A DNA stretch of 64,000 bases, from the IMG/VR virus record IMGVR_UViG_3300042290_000544; one strand, given 5' to 3'. The stretch is from a virus. Positions 6,531-13,272 of this stretch are shown piece by piece. The notes under the pieces were generated by a model. That model was not told the origin of the DNA, did no database searches, and saw only the letters and a program-made list of their open reading frames with translations. Within the stretch, counting starts at the first letter, position 1; every line of letters starts with the position of its first letter. The translations under genes and the position numbers were made by a program.

Positions 6531-6632
6531 TTTTGCTAAGATAAAAAATTAGTTACTTCTGTAATTATCCGTTAATCGCTACCCTGATGCGGTAGAGTTT
6601 TCACTGACGCCTTACCGTCCCGATATGCAAAA
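6531..6632 (-). ncRNA. Possible structured RNA (~100 nt)
   Basis: TTTTGC/GCAAAA ends, CTACC/GGTAG hairpin; non-coding spacer between tRNAs. Confidence 0.3.
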
Positions 6633-6634
6633 AA

Positions 6635-6710
6635 TGGTGGGAGCTTCTGGTAACGATCCAGATTCTTGCCGTCTTCAGCGGCACGTGAGCACCTGCTTCA
6701 CCAAACTCCC
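6635..6710 (-). tRNA. trnF: tRNA-Phe(GAA), atypical T loop
   Basis: TGCCG-CT-GAA-GA-CGGCA, CCA; T loop ATCGTTA. Confidence 0.85.
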
Positions 6711-6719
6711 GTAAATGAA

Positions 6720-6804
6720 TTTGTCGTCTCACATGGAGATAAGTTTTTCCTGTTTGAGATTAAAACTACTTGCGGCCTATCAGTCCGCGTTTTTCGTTGA
6801 CAAA
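6720..6804 (-). ncRNA. Cloverleaf-like RNA lacking tRNA consensus
   Basis: TTTGTC/GACAAA closing stem with three hairpins (GCGG/CCGC, AGTTTT/AAAACT, TCTC/GAGA). Confidence 0.45.
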
Positions 6805-6806
6805 AG

Positions 6807-6882
6807 TGGTAGACCCGGAAGGATTCGAACCTTCAATACAACGTTCGTAGCGTTGCGTGATAATCCGTTTCACTACGGGTCT
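6807..6882 (-). tRNA. trnR: tRNA-Arg(ACG)
   Basis: Loop CT-ACG-AA, CCA. Confidence 0.93.
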
Positions 6883-6889
6883 ATAAAAA

Positions 6890-6986
6890 TGAGTAGTACC
6901 GATTGTTCCGAGCACGGTTACCTGTTGTTCAACATACTGAATGATAACACCGACTCCTGTTTTACGAACAACTGGATTTCTACTCA
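6890..6986 (-). ncRNA. End-paired structured RNA (~97 nt)
   Basis: TGAGTAG/CTACTCA closing stem; TTGTTC/GAACAA inner stem. Confidence 0.5.
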
Positions 6987-6989
6987 AAA

Positions 6990-7075
6990 TGGTGGGCACG
7001 CTTGGACTCGAACCAAGGGTTATCCGAAGAGGGGACATTTACAGTGTCCTGCAATAGCCGCTATGCGACGCGCCC
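6990..7075 (-). tRNA. trnY: tRNA-Tyr(GTA)
   Basis: Loop CT-GTA-AA, long variable arm, CCA. Confidence 0.95.
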
Positions 7076-7081
7076 GAAAAA

Positions 7082-7157
7082 TGGAGCGGTAGACAGGGAT
7101 CGAACCTGCGACATCAAGTTTGGAAAACTCGCTCTCTACCAACTGAGATACTACCGC
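7082..7157 (-). tRNA. trnG: tRNA-Gly(TCC)
   Basis: Loop TT-TCC-AA, U73, CCA. Confidence 0.95.
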
Positions 7158-7162
7158 AAAAA

Positions 7163-7239
7163 TGGTGGTCCAGGTCGGATTCGAACCAACGACCCCCGCC
7201 TTATCAAGACGATGCTCTAACCAACTGAGCTACTAGACC
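7163..7239 (-). tRNA. trnI: tRNA-Ile(GAT)
   Basis: Loop TT-GAT-AA, CCA. Confidence 0.95.
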
Positions 7240-7244
7240 GAAAA

Positions 7245-7334
7245 TGGCGGAAATAGAAGGATTCGAACCTTCGGGGCTTTTGAGGACCCGAGACTTTAGC
7301 AAAGTCTTGCCTTAAACCACTCGGCCATATTTCC
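7245..7334 (-). tRNA. trnS: tRNA-Ser(GCT)
   Basis: Loop TT-GCT-AA, long variable arm, CCA. Confidence 0.95.
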
Positions 7335-7341
7335 TAAAATT

Positions 7342-7428
7342 AGGAAGGGGTGGGATTCGAACCCACGGTCGTTTTTAGGCGACTCAAGTTTTCAAGACTA
7401 GCGCCTTAAACCACTCAGCCACCCTTCC
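7342..7428 (-). tRNA. trnS: tRNA-Ser(TGA), CCA not encoded
   Basis: Loop CT-TGA-AA, long variable arm. Confidence 0.92.
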
Positions 7429-7437
7429 GTAAAATAA

Positions 7438-7509
7438 CAGTAGTTACATTGGGTTGTAACCTTCCCCAGACTCAACAGGTTTGGAGTTCTTCTGTGGAAG
7501 AACTTACTG
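7438..7509 (-). ncRNA. Cloverleaf RNA without tRNA consensus bases
   Basis: CAGTA/TACTG; AGTTCTTC-CACA-GAAGAACT; CCAAAC-CTGTTGA-GTCTGG; GTTACA-ACCCAA-TGTAAC. Confidence 0.55.
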
Positions 7510-7513
7510 AAAA

Positions 7514-7588
7514 TGGAGCCCCCGATGGGATTTGAACCCGCAACCGCTTGTTTACAAAACAAGTGCTCTACCATTGAGCTACAAGGGC
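7514..7588 (-). tRNA. trnT: tRNA-Thr(TGT)
   Basis: Loop TT-TGT-AA, CCA. Confidence 0.95.
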
Positions 7589-7597
7589 AAACTAACA

Positions 7598-7662
7598 TCC
7601 CACCATGCACCTAGAAGCATTGCTGCTTTCACGGATGAACCCGACATTCAGTGCAGGTAGGA
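7598..7662 (-). ncRNA. Three-way-junction small RNA (~65 nt)
   Basis: TCCTACC-TGCAC/GTGCA-T-GGTGGGA stem; AAGCA-GCAA-TGCTT GNRA hairpin. Confidence 0.5.
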
Positions 7663-7821
7663 AAAATTGCCCGGCTGTTATTTAAAGACGTCCGGGGCTC
7701 GTCTGTTTTTATTTGAAAAAAGAACTAATTTTACCCCTCTCAGCCTTTGCTGGTTTGGATACCCTTTGTCGGTCGTTTGGACTCCTTAAAGCCGGAGTCT
7801 GGCAGTGAAATTGAAAGTGAT

Positions 7822-7854
7822 AAAAAAACCTCTGAGCTTTATGGCCCAGAGGTT
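7822..7854 (-). terminator. Intrinsic terminator of the tRNA-array attenuator
   Basis: AACCTCTGGGC-CATAAA-GCTCAGAGG followed by a T7 run. Confidence 0.85.
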
Positions 7855-7897
7855 AAAGATAATTTCGATTTTAGATCGACCTTATTTTTAACCCCTG
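7847..7897 (-). promoter_or_regulatory. Antiterminator overlapping the leader stop codon and the terminator 5' arm
   Basis: CAGGGGTTAAAAATAA (7882-7897) pairs with TTATCTTTAACCTCTG (7847-7862) at 15 of 16 positions, one G:U. Confidence 0.8.
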
Positions 7898-7980
7898 TAA
7901 CCTGTTCCGCGTACGGACCAGAACAAGCCACAGCTATGTGGATATTGTTCTGTATTTGATTTAATCTGTACTGAAAGCAT
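7888..7980 (-). CDS. Leader peptide MLSVQIKSNTEQYPHSCGLFWSVRGTGYRG (30 aa)
   Basis: Hand-translated; lies between promoter and terminator; 18 amino acids and 26 distinct codons. Confidence 0.75.
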   Translation of the reverse strand: MLSVQIKSNTEQYPHSCGLFWSVRGTGYRG

Positions 7981-7998
7981 TTGAAGTGTTTGTTGATT

Positions 7999-8045
7999 TA
8001 TTTATAAGACAATCATACCCTATTTCCATCAAAAGTAAACAACAA
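7999..8045 (-). promoter_or_regulatory. Tandem early (GTTTAC-N17-TATGAT) and late (TATAAATA) promoters of the tRNA array
   Basis: Both consensus elements are present upstream of the leader ATG. Confidence 0.75.
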
Positions 8046-8057
8046 AAGCACTTATTT

Positions 8058-8378
8058 TTAAAGTAATTGAAGCCATCCATTGATCGTCCAAACCTTCAAG
8101 ACGCCTTCTTCCTCATCATGCCACACCGCCCCGACGATCACATTGGGTGTAACTACAGACGATACCACAGTTAGCTCCGTAGGTTTATCAAGATATGGAT
8201 TGCTCATTGCCGGTGACAACAACCCCGTCATGGTCCGGGGTATCGCAATCTTTCGTACATCGTATGGACGATCCAGATCTTTATAATACGGATACGATTG
8301 AGCACGATAAGAAACCTTAAATTCTGCCGGCGGTGGCTTTGGAAGATGCTTGGCTAGATTGTCAATTAACGAACTCAT
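8058..8378 (-). CDS. Hypothetical protein
   Basis: ORF coupled (ATGA overlap) to the HNH gene. Confidence 0.6.
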   Translation of the reverse strand: MSSLIDNLAKHLPKPPPAEFKVSYRAQSYPYYKDLDRPYDVRKIAIPRTMTGLLSPAMSNPYLDKPTELTVVSSVVTPNVIVGAVWHDEEEGVLKVWTINGWLQLL

Positions 8379-9091
8379 TGTAGATAAAGATATGGCTTCC
8401 ATTCCTCGCGGATACCCATATCCTCGGGAATTTGAACACCGATTCGGATACGGTTCTTTGGAACCACTTCCTTGCCATTGATGTCGAAGTATGGAAAAAT
8501 GTTGTCCTTGGCAGCATTACAGTCGCGGCAGGCAAGAACAAGGTTGAACCCGTCATTGGTACCACCCTTCGACTTGGGATGCACGTGATCCTTGGTGGCA
8601 ACGCAGAAAGGTATCTTTTTGAGGCAGTACTGACAGGTGCCCTTATAGATGCTGTAAAGACTCCGAAGTGAGGTTTGCTGACCACGACGAACAGTATGTC
8701 CGAAGTGAGTAGTGCAGACGACGATGGTCGGAATTGCCCATTGCTTTTCTTCACCGCTGATACGGTCGGGAGCCGAACGTAAACAGGGCTGATTAGAAAA
8801 TAGTTCTATGGTGTTCTTCGACCAAGAATAGCCGTCATTGTCTTCACGACCGTCCCATGGAATTGTGTTACCACTGGCGTCAATACCGTGAGCCCTACCA
8901 TTCATCATATGACGCATGCACGCACGCGCAGTAAAGAAGGCATAGGCTTGGTACGAACCGTCAAGCACCAAGGTGGTCCGTGCGGTTGCATCAACGGGCG
9001 TCAATACATTAACCTGTAATTGATTTAACAACTGAAGAGAAGCCTTTTCGTGGGACATTGTATTTGCGAGCGTTAGAGTAGGATTCACCAT
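8375..9091 (-). CDS. HNH endonuclease (McrA-like); start uncertain
   Basis: TLVLD..Y N-terminal motif; CQYC...DHVHPKSKGG...NLVLACRDCN. Confidence 0.85.
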   Translation of the reverse strand: MVNPTLTLANTMSHEKASLQLLNQLQVNVLTPVDATARTTLVLDGSYQAYAFFTARACMRHMMNGRAHGIDASGNTIPWDGREDNDGYSWSKNTIELFSNQPCLRSAPDRISGEEKQWAIPTIVVCTTHFGHTVRRGQQTSLRSLYSIYKGTCQYCLKKIPFCVATKDHVHPKSKGGTNDGFNLVLACRDCNAAKDNIFPYFDINGKEVVPKNRIRIGVQIPEDMGIREEWKPYLYLQ

Positions 9092-9233
9092 TGAGCACTT
9101 GGCAGTGGCCAGCGGTTTTGTGGTCCCAGATCATGATACCAAAGCGGTTGACCTTGGTCTCACGTGGGACGAAGTTAGGGTCGGGTAGGATACCAGACCG
9201 AATAAGACTTTGAATGATTTTGTCGTTGGACAT
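9009..9233 (-). CDS. Hypothetical protein (MSNDKII...)
   Basis: Starts 1 nt after the upstream stop; overlaps the longest HNH start. Confidence 0.45.
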   Translation of the reverse strand: MSNDKIIQSLIRSGILPDPNFVPRETKVNRFGIMIWDHKTAGHCQVLNGESYSNARKYNVPRKGFSSVVKSITG

Positions 9234-9234
9234 T

Positions 9235-9429
9235 TTAGTAAGTGGTAAAACAAACACCCCAAGCGGGCGCGTTTTCATCTTTTTTAAGACCTGGATAACC
9301 TGGATAAACAGGATGGGTACGCGCAATTGTATCATAGTTAGCATACTCAGAATTGTAGACTACTGCTTCGACGTCTCCATGTTTGGCCTTAACAGCATTG
9401 AGTTCGTTAATTAATTCGGAGATTTTCAT
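9235..9429 (-). CDS. Hypothetical protein
   Basis: MKISELINEL...HGDVE N-terminus typical of small phage proteins. Confidence 0.65.
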   Translation of the reverse strand: MKISELINELNAVKAKHGDVEAVVYNSEYANYDTIARTHPVYPGYPGLKKDENAPAWGVCFTTY

Positions 9430-9467
9430 ATTTAAGAAAGTAGCAGAGTTTTTATAAATGTCGAGAC

Positions 9468-9629
9468 TTATTTTTTCTTTTTAAACAAAATGTTATGGAT
9501 CGCATTTATGTCGTCGGCTGAAATTTCGTCGGTTTTGAGAAATGAAGCGAACACATTTCGGATGTCTCTTTTCATTGCGTCAAGTTCGATCCACTCTGCA
9601 ATGTCAATGTTTTTTTGATTTGGTTTCAT
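9468..9629 (-). CDS. Hypothetical protein (53 aa, MKPNQKNIDIAEW...)
   Basis: Hand-translated ORF filling the gap. Confidence 0.55.
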   Translation of the reverse strand: MKPNQKNIDIAEWIELDAMKRDIRNVFASFLKTDEISADDINAIHNILFKKKK

Positions 9630-9789
9630 TTTTCAAACTTTGAATTTTTGCCTTCACTTGGTCAATTCTTTTTTTCGTAGCTTCGATTTTTTCTTGGCTT
9701 GGGTTTACGTCGGTCAACAGATAACGAAGATTTGTTTCGTTCCAAGTCAATTCAAATTCCGCATTTCTTAAATCGGTGTTGTGTTTCAT
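9604..9789 (-). CDS. Hypothetical coiled-coil protein
   Basis: ORF track; fits the gene run. Confidence 0.55.
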   Translation of the reverse strand: MKHNTDLRNAEFELTWNETNLRYLLTDVNPSQEKIEATKKRIDQVKAKIQSLKNETKSKKH

Positions 9790-9818
9790 TTGTAGAATTT
9801 ATGATTTTCGATTGTTTG

Positions 9819-9983
9819 TTACTTCTTTTCCTTTTCGAGAATCTCCTTCAATTCCTTGGCGAAATCAAGGACAAAGTATTCATCCAATCCAAGATCGCCC
9901 TTACACCAATGATCCCCACCGAGGCGCTTTGCGTGCTTATTGAAAAGCTTATCCACTAGTTCTTGAAATTCGTCGTTGGTCAT
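9819..9983 (-). CDS. Hypothetical protein (54 aa, MTNDEFQELV...)
   Basis: Hand-translated; directly downstream of a promoter cassette. Confidence 0.65.
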   Translation of the reverse strand: MTNDEFQELVDKLFNKHAKRLGGDHWCKGDLGLDEYFVLDFAKELKEILEKEKK

Positions 9984-10080
9984 TATGATATAATCCTACA
10001 CTAAATTGGCTAAAAGTAAATCAATTAGATTGTCCTAAGTTGTTGATTAGTAATGTCAATGTTTTTTTGTTTTGGTTTCA

Positions 10081-10419
10081 TTAGCTTTCTTCCCATTTGC
10101 CAATCGTGCGGAGAAAAGCCTCGGCGCGTTGCGCGGAGGTTGCGAAATGACCGCCATTCCCATCGTCTAGGGCATCAGCGTAATCCCTGCGCTGTTGCGC
10201 GCTTCTAAGAACTAAATTCTCCGCCTTGTGCATAGCATTGAGGTCGTTGAGGTAGTTGGGGATGTCATGCTTGAACACTAAAAGCCCACTAGGATTCATA
10301 ACCCAAGTTTCCCAAGCACGGGAAACCCAGCCTTCTTTCTTGGCTAGGCAGTCGGGGTGATCGTGCATCTTCCATCCACACGCTTCCGCAATGGCTATTC
10401 TTTGTTTTTCAGGTTTCAT
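10081..10419 (-). CDS. Hypothetical phage protein (IAEACGW...PNYLNDLNAMH)
   Basis: ORF behind a promoter cassette. Confidence 0.7.
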   Translation of the reverse strand: MKPEKQRIAIAEACGWKMHDHPDCLAKKEGWVSRAWETWVMNPSGLLVFKHDIPNYLNDLNAMHKAENLVLRSAQQRRDYADALDDGNGGHFATSAQRAEAFLRTIGKWEES

Positions 10420-10491
10420 TATGATGTAATCCTACACTAAATTGGCTAAAAGTAAATCAATTAGATTGTCCTAAGTTGTTGATTAGTAATG

Positions 10492-10662
10492 TTACCATCC
10501 AACAATGCAGCTATCATATTGACCAAAATAGAAAACTCTACCAGTGCTGACAAGTGCTGCGGTTCTGGTCGACTTCTTCTTAAAGATGGCGCCGCTGGAA
10601 ATAAAGTGCTCGCCGATTGTAACGGTACGGAATGTGAGGTTAAGTTTGGTCGTGTTTTTCAT
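10492..10662 (-). CDS. Hypothetical protein (56 aa, MKNTTKLNLTF...)
   Basis: Hand-translated; lies exactly between two cassettes. Confidence 0.65.
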   Translation of the reverse strand: MKNTTKLNLTFRTVTIGEHFISSGAIFKKKSTRTAALVSTGRVFYFGQYDSCIVGW

Positions 10663-10728
10663 TATGATGTAATCCTACACTAAATTGGCTAAAAGTAAAT
10701 CAATTAGATTGTCCTAAGTTGTTGATTA

Positions 10729-10974
10729 TCACTTGTTGTCCAACTTGTTCATGGTCACCCATTTAGCACGGTTGATCATGTAACGGACCCGAAGTTCGTT
10801 TTCGGAGTCACCCATAAGATGTTGAACATCAGAGAGAAGGGACATCACAAGGTCCTGAGCCGAGACACGGTATTCCGTGGCTCTTTCGTACCAAACATCA
10901 ATGTTCGTGACGCCGAACTGTTCCATGTCGGTAACAGTTGATTCATACTTTTTGAAGGTTGGGTTGTTTAACAT
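10729..10974 (-). CDS. Hypothetical protein
   Basis: ORF behind a divergent cassette copy (10981-11040). Confidence 0.65.
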   Translation of the reverse strand: MLNNPTFKKYESTVTDMEQFGVTNIDVWYERATEYRVSAQDLVMSLLSDVQHLMGDSENELRVRYMINRAKWVTMNKLDNK

Positions 10975-11060
10975 GCTACCATCCTACAACAAACCTTCAA
11001 AAAGTAAATCACTTAGAATTACCTAAGTGATTGACCCTCAACATTAGCTAAAAATAGTGC

Positions 11061-11669
11061 TTATTTTGCAGTCTTTTTTCGCTTATTTTGAAGGGCTTTC
11101 TTCCGTTTATTGAGACGGTTGACCACTTCCTCTCCACCCATCCAAATATCCTTATTGTCCAAAATTGCTTGAATTTCATCGGGATTCAAGAAATTGGAAT
11201 AGATTTCATTAAGGAGACTCTCCGACCACTTACGTTCGTGTTTAATCTGGTCGATCATCTCTCCGCCCTTACCGATTGTCCCACCGGAATAGTTGTGAAA
11301 CATAAACATTGAGTGAGCCGAGATTTCAAATTCATCTGCCATAAGAAAAACAATTGTGGCTGCCGACATACAGGCGCCTTCAACGGAGACCATTACGGGA
11401 GCCTTACACTCACGAATGACACGCATGAATTGAATTGCCGACCAGAGGTCGCCGCCGCAGGAGTTGATGTAAATCTTGATGAAGTCGTTCGCGGGACAGT
11501 GCCGCATCTGGTTGAACCATTCGGTGTATTTCGAGGCTTCTTCGATTTCACCCACAAGATAATACTCATGTAAATGTGCAATGGCTTTATCAGTAAAAGA
11601 AGTGGTTTGCTTCTTTTCAACATTTAGCATATCGAGCAATGGATTACCAAGTTTAGGTTCATTCATCAT
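11061..11669 (-). CDS. clpP: ClpP-family protease
   Basis: IYINSCGG, GACMSAAT (Ser), MFHNYS (His), KDIWM (Asp). Confidence 0.85.
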   Translation of the reverse strand: MMNEPKLGNPLLDMLNVEKKQTTSFTDKAIAHLHEYYLVGEIEEASKYTEWFNQMRHCPANDFIKIYINSCGGDLWSAIQFMRVIRECKAPVMVSVEGACMSAATIVFLMADEFEISAHSMFMFHNYSGGTIGKGGEMIDQIKHERKWSESLLNEIYSNFLNPDEIQAILDNKDIWMGGEEVVNRLNKRKKALQNKRKKTAK

Positions 11670-11680
11670 AATTGTTTTAT

Positions 11681-12361
11681 TTATACCCGTCCGAAGATTC
11701 TCATCCGAGTGTATTCTGCAATTGTTTCGCGGAGAGGTTTTACCCAGTTATCACGGTGTTCCTTAAATACCCGTGGTTCGTTCTCATCAATGGCCATAAT
11801 GGTCACAATGTTGGTAATAGGAATCCCAGTGCGCTCCTCGAACATAATCGCGTAGGATGTTTCCTGCATGAAGTAACTGTGAATGTCTTCCTTCTCCTTC
11901 ACTCTCTTGGATGTTTTAATGTCAATAATCGACAGCACACTATCAAACTCTGCAATAAGATCAACTCTTCCTGCAAGACCCAGATGATCGGAATACAGAG
12001 GACACTCTTGAAGTACTATGTTATTGACTCTCTTCTCGAGGATGGGTTTAATCGTACCAAAGGTATGCCATAGATGCGGCATATATTTCTTTGGATCCAA
12101 TGTCTCATTATTCAGATAACGTTCTGCCATCTTATGGACATCTTCACCGCGAGCAGCAGCCCTACGAGAAATACGGTTGGCTTCTTCTTCACCGACACGT
12201 TTGCGCCATGCAAGAATGTCATTCTTACTCAGTATCCCAAGGACCGTAGTGACGGATGGGTACTTGGTACCTTTCGGCGTCATGTATGTGCGCCCTGTTT
12301 CTAGGGTCTCACATACTAGGTCTTTATATCCTAGATCAATGGGTTTATGCGTAAAAATCAT
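11681..12361 (-). CDS. PD-(D/E)XK exonuclease of T4-like phages
   Basis: YPSVTTVL, RG..VH, AGRVD, IIDIKTS, YFMQ..Y. Confidence 0.85.
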   Translation of the reverse strand: MIFTHKPIDLGYKDLVCETLETGRTYMTPKGTKYPSVTTVLGILSKNDILAWRKRVGEEEANRISRRAAARGEDVHKMAERYLNNETLDPKKYMPHLWHTFGTIKPILEKRVNNIVLQECPLYSDHLGLAGRVDLIAEFDSVLSIIDIKTSKRVKEKEDIHSYFMQETSYAIMFEERTGIPITNIVTIMAIDENEPRVFKEHRDNWVKPLRETIAEYTRMRIFGRV

Positions 12362-12540
12362 TTAGTATCTTCGTATTCTTCGTAGCTCTTGAAAACCTCT
12401 TCGGCATCAATGGGACCGCTCAAACGGAAGTCCTCTTCGTCCTCATTCGTATGAGTAGGACGAGCATTTTTCTTTTTGTTCTGGCGACGAAAATTACGAT
12501 CGAATTTGTCCGATTCGTCAGATTTGCCTTTGTTGTACAT
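12358..12540 (-). CDS. Small charged hypothetical protein
   Basis: Fills the gap between phoH and the exonuclease. Confidence 0.6.
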   Translation of the reverse strand: MYNKGKSDESDKFDRNFRRQNKKKNARPTHTNEDEEDFRLSGPIDAEEVFKSYEEYEDTK

Positions 12541-12545
12541 ATTGC

Positions 12546-13268
12546 TTATTTTTCTTTGCGAAGGAGTTCTTTTGTCATGATATAGTCTCGTACGATTCCG
12601 GATCGCACGATGTCCTGCCAGCCGAACTCGGACTGATGGAAGTATTTCATCTGAGAAATGATTTTCATAAAGTCGACGATACCGCTCTTGTCCTTGGATT
12701 TCTCAAGGTCGGATTGGTAATAGTCGCCGCACATAATGAATCGGCAGTCCTCACCCAATCGAGTAATGATCGAATCAAGTTCATGGAATGTGAGGTTCTG
12801 CATTTCATCCACAATCACAATAGACTTGCGCAGAGTGATACCACGAATAAATGAGGTTGTGAGGAATTCCACGGTACCCTTGGCCACCAGTTTATTCCAT
12901 GCCAGTTTATCACCAAACAGTTCCGCAAGGATACTAATGTAGGGTGTAAGATATGTTGCTTCCTTTTCGGAACGGTCGCCCGGAAGGAAACCAATGTCAC
13001 GTGTCGGAACAACCGAACGAACAATAATGATTTTCTCGTAGGGAGATTCACCCTTCATTACCTCCTCAAGTGCAAGGTACATTGCCATAAAGGTCTTACC
13101 CGTACCCGCTGCACCAGAAAGGCATAGATGATTCTTTTTCTTGTACGCAGCAAACACTTTCTTTTGAGTCAGAGTCAACGGTTCAACAACCCTTAGATTG
13201 TTGTAGGAAATCAAAGGAATTACCGTTGACGGTTGTTTGTTTTTCTGTTTGTTTTTCAGTTTGGCCAT
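12546..13268 (-). CDS. phoH: PhoH-family ATPase
   Basis: GAAGTGKT, IGFLPG, FIRG.TL, VDEMQN, ITRLGE, GDYYQSD. Confidence 0.92.
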   Translation of the reverse strand: MAKLKNKQKNKQPSTVIPLISYNNLRVVEPLTLTQKKVFAAYKKKNHLCLSGAAGTGKTFMAMYLALEEVMKGESPYEKIIIVRSVVPTRDIGFLPGDRSEKEATYLTPYISILAELFGDKLAWNKLVAKGTVEFLTTSFIRGITLRKSIVIVDEMQNLTFHELDSIITRLGEDCRFIMCGDYYQSDLEKSKDKSGIVDFMKIISQMKYFHQSEFGWQDIVRSGIVRDYIMTKELLRKEK

Positions 13269-13272
13269 GAGA

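Larger units (their letters stand above)
9981..10728 (-). repeat. Three near-identical ~70-bp early-promoter cassettes (9981-10056, 10417-10492, 10660-10728)
   Basis: TAATCAACAACTTAGGACAATCTAATTGATTTACTTTTAGCCAATTTAGTGTAGGATTA, each followed by ATG within ~10 nt. Confidence 0.9.

Noticed and set aside
4496-7428. Suppressor tRNAs or a recoded genetic code (anticodons TAG, TAA, TGA)
   Set aside because: These anticodons read Leu CUA/UUA and Ser UCA. Conserved genes are intact under the standard code and all three stops are used.
1181-7959. Most ORF-track entries over the RNA island (e.g. 1871-2203, 2915-3214, 5506-5832, 6715-7092, 7747-7959)
   Set aside because: They overlap tRNAs or structured RNAs, often antisense, and have no protein-like features.
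9981-10728. CRISPR array
   Set aside because: Repeats are ~70-bp promoters and the intervening DNA consists of whole genes; no cas genes, and the exonuclease at 11681 lacks Cas4 cysteines.
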